Assembly (NCBI GenBank): GCA_951406725.2 | Contig: OX597822.1 | Coordinates: 67,332,001-67,396,000, forward strand | Origin: Octopus vulgaris | Taxonomy: Eukaryota | Direction: 5' to 3' | DNA length: 64,000 nucleotides | In this document: piece by piece, positions 52,270 to 64,000 of the stretch | Layout of the letters: the number at the start of each line of letters is the position of its first letter | Position numbering within the stretch: the first letter of the stretch is position 1 | Made by a program: the position numbers and the translations under genes | The notes under the pieces: model-generated | Seen by the model: only the letters and a program-made list of their open reading frames with translations | Told to the model about the DNA's origin: nothing | Databases searched by the model: none

Positions 52270-52735
52270 CCGCAATGGTTCAGATGTTAGCTACGTTCGT
52301 CCGACTTCTCAGGCTTTCATAGTAAGGCTGCTCCACTTGATGCTAAATATTTCCGCCTGACCTCTCAGCCCTTATTTACACTGCTCAACCTCCCTTCACA
52401 AGACTGTATCCCAATACTTATATACGTGGAGGTTTGCTATCAACCAGATTTAAATATCTCAATCTCGTCGTTGGTCCTGCGGCACAAGCCACATTTACCT
52501 ATGGAATTACTCCTCTCGATGCCTAGTTACAAGCTCACTGACTTGTTACGCTTAATATGTATTCCCGTTACCTTCTCAAACTCCTTTAGAATTGTGCTTA
52601 CCACTTTGATTTCCGATGTGTCTAATACTGTGATGATGATCACCTTGTCCTTATATTTAGAATTGGCGTTCCTGTGCTGCAGGTCGACAAGAATGCTCTT
52701 AAAAATCACTACCCTCCGCAGCAAAATTATCACAT
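52270..52735 (-). mobile_element. Decayed Tx1/L1-type RT fragment
   Basis: ORF 52527..52733 reads IITVLDTSEIKVVSTILKEFEKVTGIHIKRNKSVSL, like the post-YADD segment (F..VSG..IN..KS). Confidence 0.65.
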
Positions 52736-53094
52736 AGAGAATAAATGATAAAATGAGTCCTTGGCAAACAAATCACCGGTTACGAAACAATATTGTTAGA
52801 TGGTCGTTTATTTTCCATCACGGAACAAATGCCCCAACGCAATGTAGTGATTCGGCTTCTAGAGACGAACCGAAATTGGCTTCTCTAATGACAATCACCC
52901 GTTAGCAGTAACCGATCCTGACGGACGATTCATAAGGAACTAGTTGCGTGTTTCAATTAATACCAGTTTTCGATTTTTGTTTCATTTCGGGCTCCAAACG
53001 TTCAGACCTTGGAATTTGTTCTATACCATCGGTTTCAACTTTGTTTATATCTCTCCTTGAGCATCAATTTGCCATCGTATAGCCGCCCCAAAGT

Positions 53095-53483
53095 GGAGGC
53101 GCAATGGCCCAGTGGTTAGGGCAGCGGACTCGCGGTCATAGGATCGCGGTTTCGATTCCCAGACCGGGCGTTGTGAGTGTTTATTGAGCGAAAACACCTA
53201 AAGCTCCACGAGGCTCCGGCAGGGGATGGTGGTGATCCCTGCTGTACTCTTTCACCACAACTTTCTCTCACTCTTACTTCCTGTTTCTGTTGTACCTGTA
53301 TTTCAAGGGGCCGGCCTTGTCACTCTCTGTGTCACGCTGAATATCCCCGAGAACTACGTTAAGGGTGCACGTGTCTGTGGAGTGCTCAGCCACTTACACG
53401 TTAATTTCACGAGCAGGCTGCTCCGTTGATTCGGATCAAGCGGAACCCTCGTCGTCGTCGTAACCGACGGAGTGCTTCCATCC
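53095..53483 (+). mobile_element. Family A SINE, full length
   Basis: Near-identical to 2051-2433. TSD AGCCGCCC(C/T)AAA (53081-53092 / 53484-53495). TCCA tail repeats. Confidence 0.92.
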
Positions 53484-54319
53484 AGCCGCCCTAAACGATT
53501 ATTTAAATCGGTTATTCGCAGTACCAATATGATGAAGAATTGCGTCATTGGTGTAGAAATACAACAGAGTCTAAATAGACATCGAAGTCCGTCGCTCCAG
53601 GCGCGGAGTTCTTTGCTAGGAGACCACTGTTGTTTTTTTCTCTCGTACCTTCCTTATTTGTTCACTTCACTAATTTTTTGGCTCCTATTTAAAGGACGCT
53701 TTCTGGTCGTTATCAACAGCTCATTTATTTGTAGGATCGGACGTGATTGAACTTACATATGCATTTTCTGACATATCTTAAAATTTTCGTTTTCGCTTGA
53801 GTGGTTTCTCAATCAGACCCTTAGTATACATGTCTGTAGTAATATCGCTGCTGCTGTTGTTGTTGTTGTTGTTGTTGTTGCGTCGTGGTGGTTGGGGGTA
53901 GGAGGGGGCATGGCTTCTTTTATTGCTAAGCTTGACTCTGTAGTTGACGACGCCGAAGATGGGGGATTTTGGTAAAAGCAGCGGAGAGATGCTTACAGAA
54001 CACGTCACCTCTTTCGTGACAACAGCAACTTACACAACCCCAATTTATGCAATGGACACACAATGATATAACATAATCCACACAGCAAACATGGGGAAAA
54101 AAATCACCCAACAAAATAACACATCTCGAATCATACATATACTACACAAGAAATGAATGGCGAAAAATAGCGCAAAATCACACAACAAATCTCACAGCAA
54201 GGCAAAGCAGATGTAATGAACAAACATTATTCAGCATCCCAAAAGACAATGCTACACGCATCTCAGAAATACATGATGATGCAGTAGAAAATCACATAAT
54301 ACTGTTGAAAACATGAGGA

Positions 54320-54735
<416 letters not shown>

Positions 54736-56293
54736 TCACATGAAAGAACAAAAGAAAACGCTTGGAAGTAGGCACTGGAGTGCGTTGATATCATTATTTG
54801 ACGTTTCGAAAGACTGTAATTGTATTTGATAATGGCCATCTTCTCTGCAAATAGTCAAAGAATGTGGGGTCATTAGTAATGTTAATCGGATTGGCGTCCA
54901 AGTATTGAGACCTTCAACATGGGCTTTAGTGGAAAGAAACACACGCCGACATTGTCCGTTTTCTTTATCTCATAAATAATCGATCTGCTCAAGCAAAGAA
55001 AAACTGTACCTTTCTTTATTTGTATATTCCATCTACAGTCACTTCGTCGCAAAGTTGCGAGCCGTTCTCCAACTATTTCTGCAGAATGGATATCTGTGTG
55101 AGTAGTTAACCATCATCATCTTATTTAGAAACGTGTCTGTCTTTGTCCAATGGAAAATACAATTTTCCTTGTGATTCTAGATAGTTTGCCCAGCTGTATG
55201 GTACAGAACAGTGTATGCTCTCTATTAGGTTATGTATATGATCTCAATAAATGTACAATATGTAAATGATATACGCACACATACACAGTAGTGAAAACGT
55301 AGATTAATGTATATTAAAGTCACTTTCATGGTTAATACAGCACCAAGAGAAAATACCATTTTAATCTGTTTTGCTGGGTTTACGCCTAACAGGCCATTCG
55401 GTTGAGCATCACTTCCTGTAAGGGGGTTCGATCCTGGCAAGAACTAGCATAAGGGCACACATTCATGGATATACATTAGTTTGAAATGCAACATTCACGC
55501 GCGCTTTGCTTTGCATGTATTATTAGCAAAATAACTTTCTGAATACAATATGTTTATCAGTGTCAAGTCTCCACTAAGTAGAAGTCAGACTGACATTTAG
55601 TGCCTCCGGTGGTAGCCCTACAGGGAGGCATATATTTTAGTAACTTCTTCATTCACCCTCCACGTTCGGATCTTGGGGTCCCAGTCTTATGAACAGGGAC
55701 TTTGAAATGGACCACTTGAGTATTTTGAGGAGATGGTTCGAATGAGTGCTTCTGTCAAAATCCAAGAAGCAGCCTTAGCTTCATGCCATACACGTCCATC
55801 GCTCCAATCATTTTTGACTCACTAAAAATCCTATCATGAAACAGCCGAGCAGCACAGGGACACGGGTGCACTTAATATAACTCGCAGAGAGAATCAACGT
55901 GATAAAGTGTGTGACAAGGCTAGAATTGTTGTCTTAACTGATAGAATAATCGTGATGGTCTTCTTATAAGTTTCTGTCATTCTAATAGTAACAAAATCTA
56001 CAATTACCAAAGTTTCTAGGTGGTTCGGGCTAACTGCGATTTCGTCATTGCGATGCGAACTTCATCATTTGCTCATATTGCCCCGAAAATAGAAATACAT
56101 TAGTAATTTAGTTCGTAATACAAATGCACAAACCCTGTAAGGGATCTCTAAACTAAGGTTCACGCACCTCTTAGAATTAGTAATAAACGTAATTTATTAA
56201 AATTCAGAATACATTTAATAATTATTACGAATGGGTTTGTTATATTAAGCACAAGAAGAAATGCATTGCTCCGCATTATTATATGTAATTCTG

Positions 56294-56421
56294 AGGCGGC
56301 GAGCTGGCAGGTTCGAAATTTTCCCAAGACACCTGATGAAGGCTGGAGGGTATATCAGCCGAAACGTTGTGTTAACAACAAACACGATGAAGACAAATAT
56401 CCGTCAAATGTGAATAATGTA
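56294..56421 (+). mobile_element. Family S SINE 5' end fused to a Penelope pseudo-LTR segment
   Basis: AGGCGGCGAGCTGGCAG joined at CAG to GTTCGAAATTTTCCCAAGACACCTGATGA.., which matches 14422-14529. Confidence 0.8.
56328..56373 (+). ncRNA. Minimal type I hammerhead ribozyme motif (Penelope-associated)
   Basis: Stem I GACAC/GTGTT, core CTGATGA plus an extra A, stem II GGCTG/CAGCC, then GAAAC-GTT with a palindromic ACGT stem III. Predicted cleavage after GUU (56368). Confidence 0.7.
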
Positions 56422-56949
56422 GATAATAATATATTAGTTACCAAGAAAATTGAGATTTTCATCTTATCCTCTGATACTACTATTGCAAGGGGTGAGCAAA
56501 AATTAAATCAGACAGTTCCTCTGGGTGCATGGCATAATAAGCTTAGGGAATCACTGCCCTTGTAATGTTAGAGGATTTTCATCAGTAACTTTGTAATAGT
56601 AAGGAATTATTCATCTTTTTAAGGGTAGTGTACGCGTAATTTCTTAATGCCAGTATTCAAATCATTTCACTTTAGTTGAATTAACGCTTGTACCATGTGG
56701 TTATTGACTGTTTCAATCTCATCATCACGGTGACTAATTACGTGAACACTGTTGAGAATTAAAGACAGTAGGAAATTGTGCAGTCATTTTGATGCTGGCA
56801 ATGCTGACTCATAATATTTAAAGTAAAAGACTCAGTATATGATTAAAACAATGGTGTTTCTGCGTTCACGGCAATGTAAATCGGTGAAAGATGCCCCCAC
56901 ACAAAATCCACATGTATATCTGTGTATGTTTTCTATGTATATGTCTACC

Positions 56950-56955
56950 AGTCTG

Positions 56956-57038
<83 letters not shown>

Positions 57039-57240
57039 GTCTGTCTGTCTGTCTGTCTGTCGGTCGGTCGGTCTGTCTGTCTGTATGTATGTATGTATGT
57101 ATGTATGTATGTCTAACTATGAATCTATCTATCTATCTGCCTATCTATCTATCTACCTATCTGTCTGTCTATCTCTCTAACTATCAATCAATCTATCTAT
57201 CTATCTACCTATCACTCTATTTTGTCTTTCTCTCCATCAG

Positions 57241-57303
<63 letters not shown>
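56950..57303. repeat. Compound (TATC)/(TGTC)/(TATG)/(CT)/(TA) microsatellite
   Basis: Directly visible. Confidence 0.95.
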
Positions 57304-57305
<2 letters not shown>

Positions 57306-57337
57306 CAATTTAGGAGTGGCCTTAACAGGCCATTCGT

Positions 57338-57493
57338 CGCAGGAGTGGCTGTGTAGTAAGTAGCTAGCTTACCAACCACATGGTTCCGGGTTCAGTCCCA
57401 GTGCGTGGTACCTTGGACAAGTGTCCTACTATAGCATCGGGCCGACCAAAACCTTGTGAGTGGATTTGGCAGACGGAAACTGAAAGAAACCCG

Positions 57494-57544
<51 letters not shown>

Positions 57545-57570
57545 CATACATACATACATATGTATGTATG

Positions 57571-57603
<33 letters not shown>

Positions 57604-57818
57604 TTGTTTGTATTCTGTGTTTGTTCCCCCACCATCGCTCGACAACTGATGCGGGTGTGTTTACGTCCCCGAAACTTACCGGTTCGGCAAAAGGTGGCCG
57701 ATAGAATAAGTACTAGGCTTACAAGGAATAAGTCCTGGGGTCGATTTGCTCGACTAAAGGCGGTGCTCCAGCATGGCCGCAGTCAAATGACTGAAACAAG
57801 TAAAAGAGTAAAAGAGTA
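57338..57818 (+). mobile_element. Family K SINE, full length
   Basis: Colinear with 5757. Tail GTAAAAGAGTAAAAGAG. Confidence 0.9.
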
Positions 57819-57900
57819 CGTGTATATACTTACACACGTGCACATTTATGTAATGAATTATATTTACAAGCAAATCTCTCTCTTTCTCTCTTTGTATGTA

Positions 57901-57931
<31 letters not shown>

Positions 57932-58569
57932 CATACACGCATACTTACATACACACACGGTCACTAACACACGCACACATTGCTTAACCCCAATAGCATA
58001 GTTAGTAGACTTGATATTTTATAGTTGTTTAACTGTGTAATGAATGTATGCGGGCTGTTTGTGCCTAAAGAAATAAGGAACGTTAATGCCTGCAAGGTTG
58101 TTCACCGTACATGTACTCAACGAGGGTAAACCTTAGCAAAAAAAGAAAAAACAAGAACAAATATAACATCATTGTCGCGTCTACTAAAATCATTACGACA
58201 TCACCACCACAACCTCAAACGCAGATAACTATTGCGTTCATAAAGGAGGCTCCATGCAGTGACTGACCGAGCTGGAAATAGCACGATGATCTCCTTCAAG
58301 CTACGCGATAATAACTTTATAATAAAACAATGACAAAACTAATAGAGATGATCATAGGTCTTTCAGATGAGGGTTGTCTTTGGGCTAAGCAAAAAATAGC
58401 AATAAAAAAGAAACAGTTGTGGAAAAACAATATAGATTCGAATACTTTTAAGTCAGTTCACTGGTATCATATAGAAAATCGATAACAATTTGGCTAATAT
58501 CCACAAAATTATTCATAAGGGAATATTCAGAAATATTGTAACAGCTTGCTTTCAGTACATAAATGCAAA

Positions 58570-58585
58570 CATATATATGTATATG

Positions 58586-58627
<42 letters not shown>

Positions 58628-58628
58628 C

Positions 58629-58662
<34 letters not shown>

Positions 58663-58764
58663 GTATATATATATATATATATATACATACATATATATAT
58701 ACATATATATATTTATACGTGCATATATATATACATATATATATGTGTGTGTACATATATATAT

Positions 58765-58805
<41 letters not shown>

Positions 58806-58811
58806 CGTGCA

Positions 58812-58844
<33 letters not shown>

Positions 58845-58897
58845 GTACATATATATATATATATACATATATATATTTATACGTGCATATATATATA
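58570..58897. repeat. (TA)-rich tract with recurring TTTATACGTGCA interruptions
   Basis: Directly visible, with three interruptions. Confidence 0.95.
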
Positions 58898-59599
58898 ATG
58901 CTCCATTAACAACAACACTAATGACACCAGAATAATGAAGGAATGTAAGAACAACAACAACACAATTGTACAAAGGATATTAATGGAAGGCCGCCCTTTA
59001 CCATTTCTTGTCATATGAGAATATTTTATATGCAGATTTCCTTGTGAAATTCTCAGCGAACGAATGGTTCCATAACTAATTGTGATAGAAATGTCAGCAC
59101 TTGAATTTCAGCACTCTTTGAAAGAGAAAACAATTGATGTCGCACAGTCTTTTAATTGGTATCTCTTTCTGAATGATCAGGCATTTATTGTAGTTGTTTA
59201 CGTCATTTAATTACCAAATTGATTCTCATTTTCTTCAGAAGTGTTCCTTCCAAGTTGGCAATGGATATTGTTTTGAAGTGGAGATTGAAACAATGTTATT
59301 TCATAATCTTTCCACAAACATAATTTCTTTTTTTTCTTTTTCTTTGTTATGTTTTTCCTTCATATTTTGTTAAAAGCACTTTTTAAGTGTTACTATGACA
59401 ATTTCTCACGAATGGATATCTTGGATACATTTCAATGATGCATTATTTTCATTTTTATTTGACTCTAATTAATCTGACAGACCTTCCAAAAAAAAACATA
59501 AATGGTAAATTGTGTTTTTTCTCTCTTTTCATTTTCATACTACACACACGCAAACCTCTGACTGAACATTATTAACAATAGAATTAATTAATATTGATA

Positions 59600-59805
59600 T
59601 CAAATTTTGGTAGGAGACCAGTAATTTCGGAGTAGGGGGTAAGTCGATTACGTCGACCCCAGCGTTCAGCTGATACTTACTTTATCGACCTCGAAAGACA
59701 AAAAGGCAAAGTTGACCTTCATGAAAGCTAAACTCAGAACCTAAAGCCGAACGAAGTGCGATTAACCATTTAGCACGGCGCGGTAACGATTCAGACATCT
59801 CGTCT
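59600..59805 (-). mobile_element. Degenerate family S SINE
   Basis: AAGTCGATTACGTCGACCCCAG..TTTATCGACC..AAAGGCAAAGTTGACC. Confidence 0.75.
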
Positions 59806-59809
59806 CATC

Positions 59810-60150
59810 TAGGTCGTCCCATAGGACGCCCCTTCATAGGGGTTTCGGTTGCGCATACTGTAGGAGTCACAGGGCGCTGCGCCATGTGGTCCCGCAGTTT
59901 CCATCTACCTACCAATATTAGAGGTTTCATCCATTGTCTTGTATTTAAGATCCTATGCTGGTTCAAAGCCGGGAAACCGATCTAAATCCATGCGCTGCTG
60001 TCGACGCTTCGATTTATTGTCGTTAAGGTTTTGTCTGTCTGCTACCCTTCGACCTGTTTGACCTGGTAAGACCTGCTTGAAGATTTCTCTCCCTTCAGCA
60101 TAGCTCTCCAGGTCAACGGAGCACACAGGCACTTCACGATGACAAGGTAC
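59810..60150 (-). mobile_element. RTE-type LINE 5' UTR remnant
   Basis: Minus strand ACCTTGTCATCGTG..GTGTGCTCCGTTGACC.GGAGAGCTATGCTG..GGTCTTACCAGGTCAAACAGGTCGAAGGGTAG.AGACAGACAAA resembles RTE 5' leaders, from memory. Confidence 0.55.
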
Positions 60151-60441
60151 TTGTTGAATTGGCCGGTTACTACACAGTAATTCTTCCGCCTCTCGCATGG
60201 TCGGATCGTCGACGACTAAACCGGCGACCCCATCAAGCTCGCTTAATGAGGAGGGTGATTGTTGGACGACCTGCTGAACAAAGAATAAGACGATTCAGAC
60301 AGTTCGCCGCCTTAGGAATTAATTAATAAAGTTCTACAATATTTTATTATCAGTGTTATTTTTCATGAATTAACAGATATTTTACTTGCAATAATATATA
60401 TTTTGAATTAATAAACTTCCTTAAATAAAGACATATACATA

Positions 60442-60611
60442 GGCGCAAGAGTGGCTGTGTGGAAAGAAGCTTGCTTCGCAACCACATAGCTCCGGTTCGG
60501 TCCCACTGCTTGGAACCTTGGACAGCTGTCTTCTATTATAGCCATGGCCCAACCAAAGCCTTGTGAGTGGATTTGGTAGACGGAAACTGAAAGAAGCCCA
60601 TTGTGTATACA

Positions 60612-60642
<31 letters not shown>

Positions 60643-60870
60643 GTATGCATGTATCTGTGTGTGTGTCTGTGTTAGTCCCTCCACCACCACTATCGTTTCA
60701 CAACCGATGTTGGTGTGTTTACGTCCCCGAAACTTAGCGGTTCGGCAAAAGGGACCGATAAAATAACTACTAGGCTTACAAAGAATAAGTCCTGTTGTCA
60801 ATTTGTTCGACTAAAGGTGATGCCTCAGCATGGTCGCAGTCAAATGATTAAAACAAGGTAACGAAAAAGA
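60442..60870 (+). mobile_element. Family K SINE
   Basis: Colinear with 5757, with an internal (CATA)n tract. Confidence 0.88.
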
Positions 60871-60901
60871 AGAAGAAGACTGCTGGAGGCAGACGGAGAC
60901 A

Positions 60902-60949
<48 letters not shown>

Positions 60950-62899
60950 TGTATTTTTATATGGTGACATCAGTCTGCTAGTGTGTGCGTGTACTTGACG
61001 TTTGGTTGCGTGTAATGGGGCGTGAGTGTTTATCTACTGCCTCTGGGTTTATGTCTGTTTATGTGCGCACATACGTGTGCCATTGTATTTGTGTGATTAT
61101 GCATGTGTTTGTATCTGGTGTTTGTGAACCTGCCTGCGTTCTAATGGTAACTGCCTCTCTTTGGTATCTCTTCCTGCGGAAATCATAACGAGCCAGAAAT
61201 GCATCTCGTGTTCAAGAGAGAATGCTATTGAGCTGATAATGGTGTGCTTACTCATTACCATAAGCAAGAACTTTTTTCCTCCGCGATAAACTGCATTGAA
61301 ATTACTTGTAGAAACCAAAATATATCACAGACATATTTGAGCCATGCAACACACAATTTGAATTAATGTTCTTGCAGTCATTTCACCTGCTAGACATATC
61401 AACTAAGTTATAATAAAACGGTTGCCTGCTCTCTAAAATATATCATGGGCACATTGAGTAGTGTTGATATAAAAACTGTATCTCCAAAACAAAATATGAT
61501 GGCATGACCTCGAGGAGAACACTTTAATTGGATCAGGGACTAAACAATAAAAGCATTACTGTGCTCGCCTCACACGAAATTGCGTTGCGGAATGGTTGAC
61601 ATTACACGAGATTCTACCGTAAGGAGAAATCTTGTATGTACCACAATTGACTGGCTTGCATTTAAAAGACGTCAAGGACAAACTGGTTGGCAATCTTCCA
61701 AACACTAGGTTTTCCCTTTCAGAATGAAAACCCTACTTTTCCTCTTTCAGCAAGTGAAATTGCTGAAAATAATGGCGCTCTTGTGGATCCAAATATTTCG
61801 AGATGAACATGATTTTTTTTATAACATACATCGGACGGGTATGTGTGTTGCCGCGTGGAGTTCCTCACTTGAAGTGGAAACCATATGTCTACCAGTGGAA
61901 ACCATATGTCTAGGAAACACCAATGGCATTGTTAAGATAATGCATGCTTATCTTTGGTTATACAGGTGACATAAATAATTACTGTTATTGCAATTCACTG
62001 CTGTAGAGGGATTATGACATATCGGCAAATCATTCTAACGTCCTGCAAAATATAAACACATACATACATTCATATATACATACATATATACACAAAAAGA
62101 GCACATCATATACGCAGCTATGCACACTTATAAATGTTTGATGATACGCCATTATGCATGTTTCTATATTTATATGTATACAAGAGCGTATATTTTTTCA
62201 GAAGTGATCGATTTTTAACCGTAACCTGTGCAAATATTTTTAAATATGTCTTTACATTTATATGCACATGGTTTTACACACACACACACACTGACACAAA
62301 CAGTCGCTCACTCAAGCACACATTCGCACAAACACACACTCACAAAAACATACATTGACACAAACACGCACACACACATACACACCCACATGTATATGTA
62401 AATGTCTGTTTATGTATGTTCATGTGCATCTATACATTAAAGTGATCACACATGTGCCTATGCATAATTATGTGTGATTTCCTGGCATTTAATGGAGTGA
62501 ACGCAATGCTAGAAAACTATTCCCCCATCTCATTCCAATGAAGCGATGATGGATTTCCATGGTACAACCGGAAACACGCATTGTTTACCACCTTAGCTTA
62601 TATTAAAAGTTATATGGAATAAAGTTACAATTTCCTATGACGTAACAACTGTTTCGGTGCTTGTTTAGAAATTCATGTTGTGTAATAACTATCGGGGAAG
62701 AACGCCTACAGATTTATTTCTGTGACGTCAAATTTTTGTCCAAGTTAATTACAATTTCTTACAATGCTATGTTCATCTAGCACCGACTTTGGCATCGTAT
62801 ATTTCGGAAATTGCATGCAGCTTCCTTATTTGTTAAGTGTATTTAAGCGCCACCATGTTTAATCATAAATGCAAACAACTGCACACACGCAGACATATT

Positions 62900-63031
62900 A
62901 TCGTATGAATATATGTATCCGTGAGTTTGCATACATATGTGTATGAATGTGTGCGTGTGTGTATGCATACATACATATTTACACATATATATAAATATAT
63001 ATCCATACATTAATATATATATATATATATA

Positions 63032-63087
<56 letters not shown>

Positions 63088-63214
63088 TACATGTATATTT
63101 ATAGATACATATAAATATATGTATCCATCCATATAAATATATATATATTTGTATGTATAAATGTATATATATATATATATATGAGTACATCTCCGTAACA
63201 CCTTCCACGCTGCA

Positions 63215-63247
<33 letters not shown>

Positions 63248-63465
63248 TGCACATACACACACAGAAGTACGCATGTGGTTATATATATGTTTATGTGCGG
63301 TTATGCGCGCGTGTGCGTACGTGTATGTTTGTGCATGTGTATGGTGTGCATGTGTATGTGTGTGTATCTGTGTGTGTGTGTGTGTGTGCGTGAATTTTAT
63401 CTCTGTGTTTGCGTGTGTCTCTGTGTGTATATGAGTGCATGTCCTTGTGTCTGTGTGCGTGTGTC
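62900..63465. repeat. (TA)n/(TG)n low-complexity tract
   Basis: Directly visible. Confidence 0.93.
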
Positions 63466-64000
63466 TAAAGTGAACATTTTCAATGCTGTTTGGAAATGAG
63501 TGTTCCAAGTTTCACTCAAACTTATTTTTCGGAGAACCAGTAAAGTATTTTTTTTTTTACTGCTTTCTTACACTATAACACAATAAACACTATAGAGAAT
63601 GGAAGGAAAAGTCAGAGAACTACTTATTACACTGAAATGAGTTGGGGAAGTGGTCATACTAAAAAAAAGGAGTACCCGGAAGCAAAAACAAAATGATTCG
63701 TGTAGAGGCGAACTTAGACCCGGGAAGATAATATGGATAAGAAGATTGGATGTAATTCGAACCACAAGCATATAAGAAATATACAAACACCTGTTGTATT
63801 CTTTGAATACAACTCGTTTTATTCTGCTGCAACGATGTAGTGAAAGTTCGATATTTTCAGATATACCCACCTTTATATAGGCAACCCAACTATTCTGATA
63901 GGATATGCTAATGCCACGAAATTAGCGAAAGCAATCGAGATACCTGTTTGTATTACACACCTACAATAAGACCTAAATGCAAGAGCCAAGCGGCCTCTGG

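Overview
AT-rich, microsatellite-saturated eukaryotic DNA with no recognisable host protein-coding exon. The repeat complement looks like a coleoid cephalopod, probably Octopus; this is inferred from pattern recognition, not a search. The window is an intergenic or intronic patchwork of mobile-element remnants. These include several tRNA-derived SINE families with interchangeable heads, cores and tails (many with clear target-site duplications) and decayed LINEs (CR1-type, Dong/R4-type at (TAA)n, Tx1-type, RTE-type). There are also Penelope-like elements (a GIY-YIG ORF and pseudo-LTRs with minimal hammerhead-ribozyme motifs), Tc1/mariner elements, a pogo-type MITE, non-autonomous Helitrons, a 5S rRNA pseudogene and tRNA-like sequences. 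Nearly all supplied ORFs are microsatellite or repeat artefacts. The most interesting signals are (i) a Penelope terminal module coupling a tRNA-like Pol III cassette to a hammerhead motif, with short ORF-less derivatives elsewhere in the window, (ii) a SINE array built by repeated insertion at one target site, (iii) modular SINE shuffling and multimers moved as single units, (iv) a 5S pseudogene abutting a SINE, and (v) an inverted SINE fusion able to form long dsRNA.
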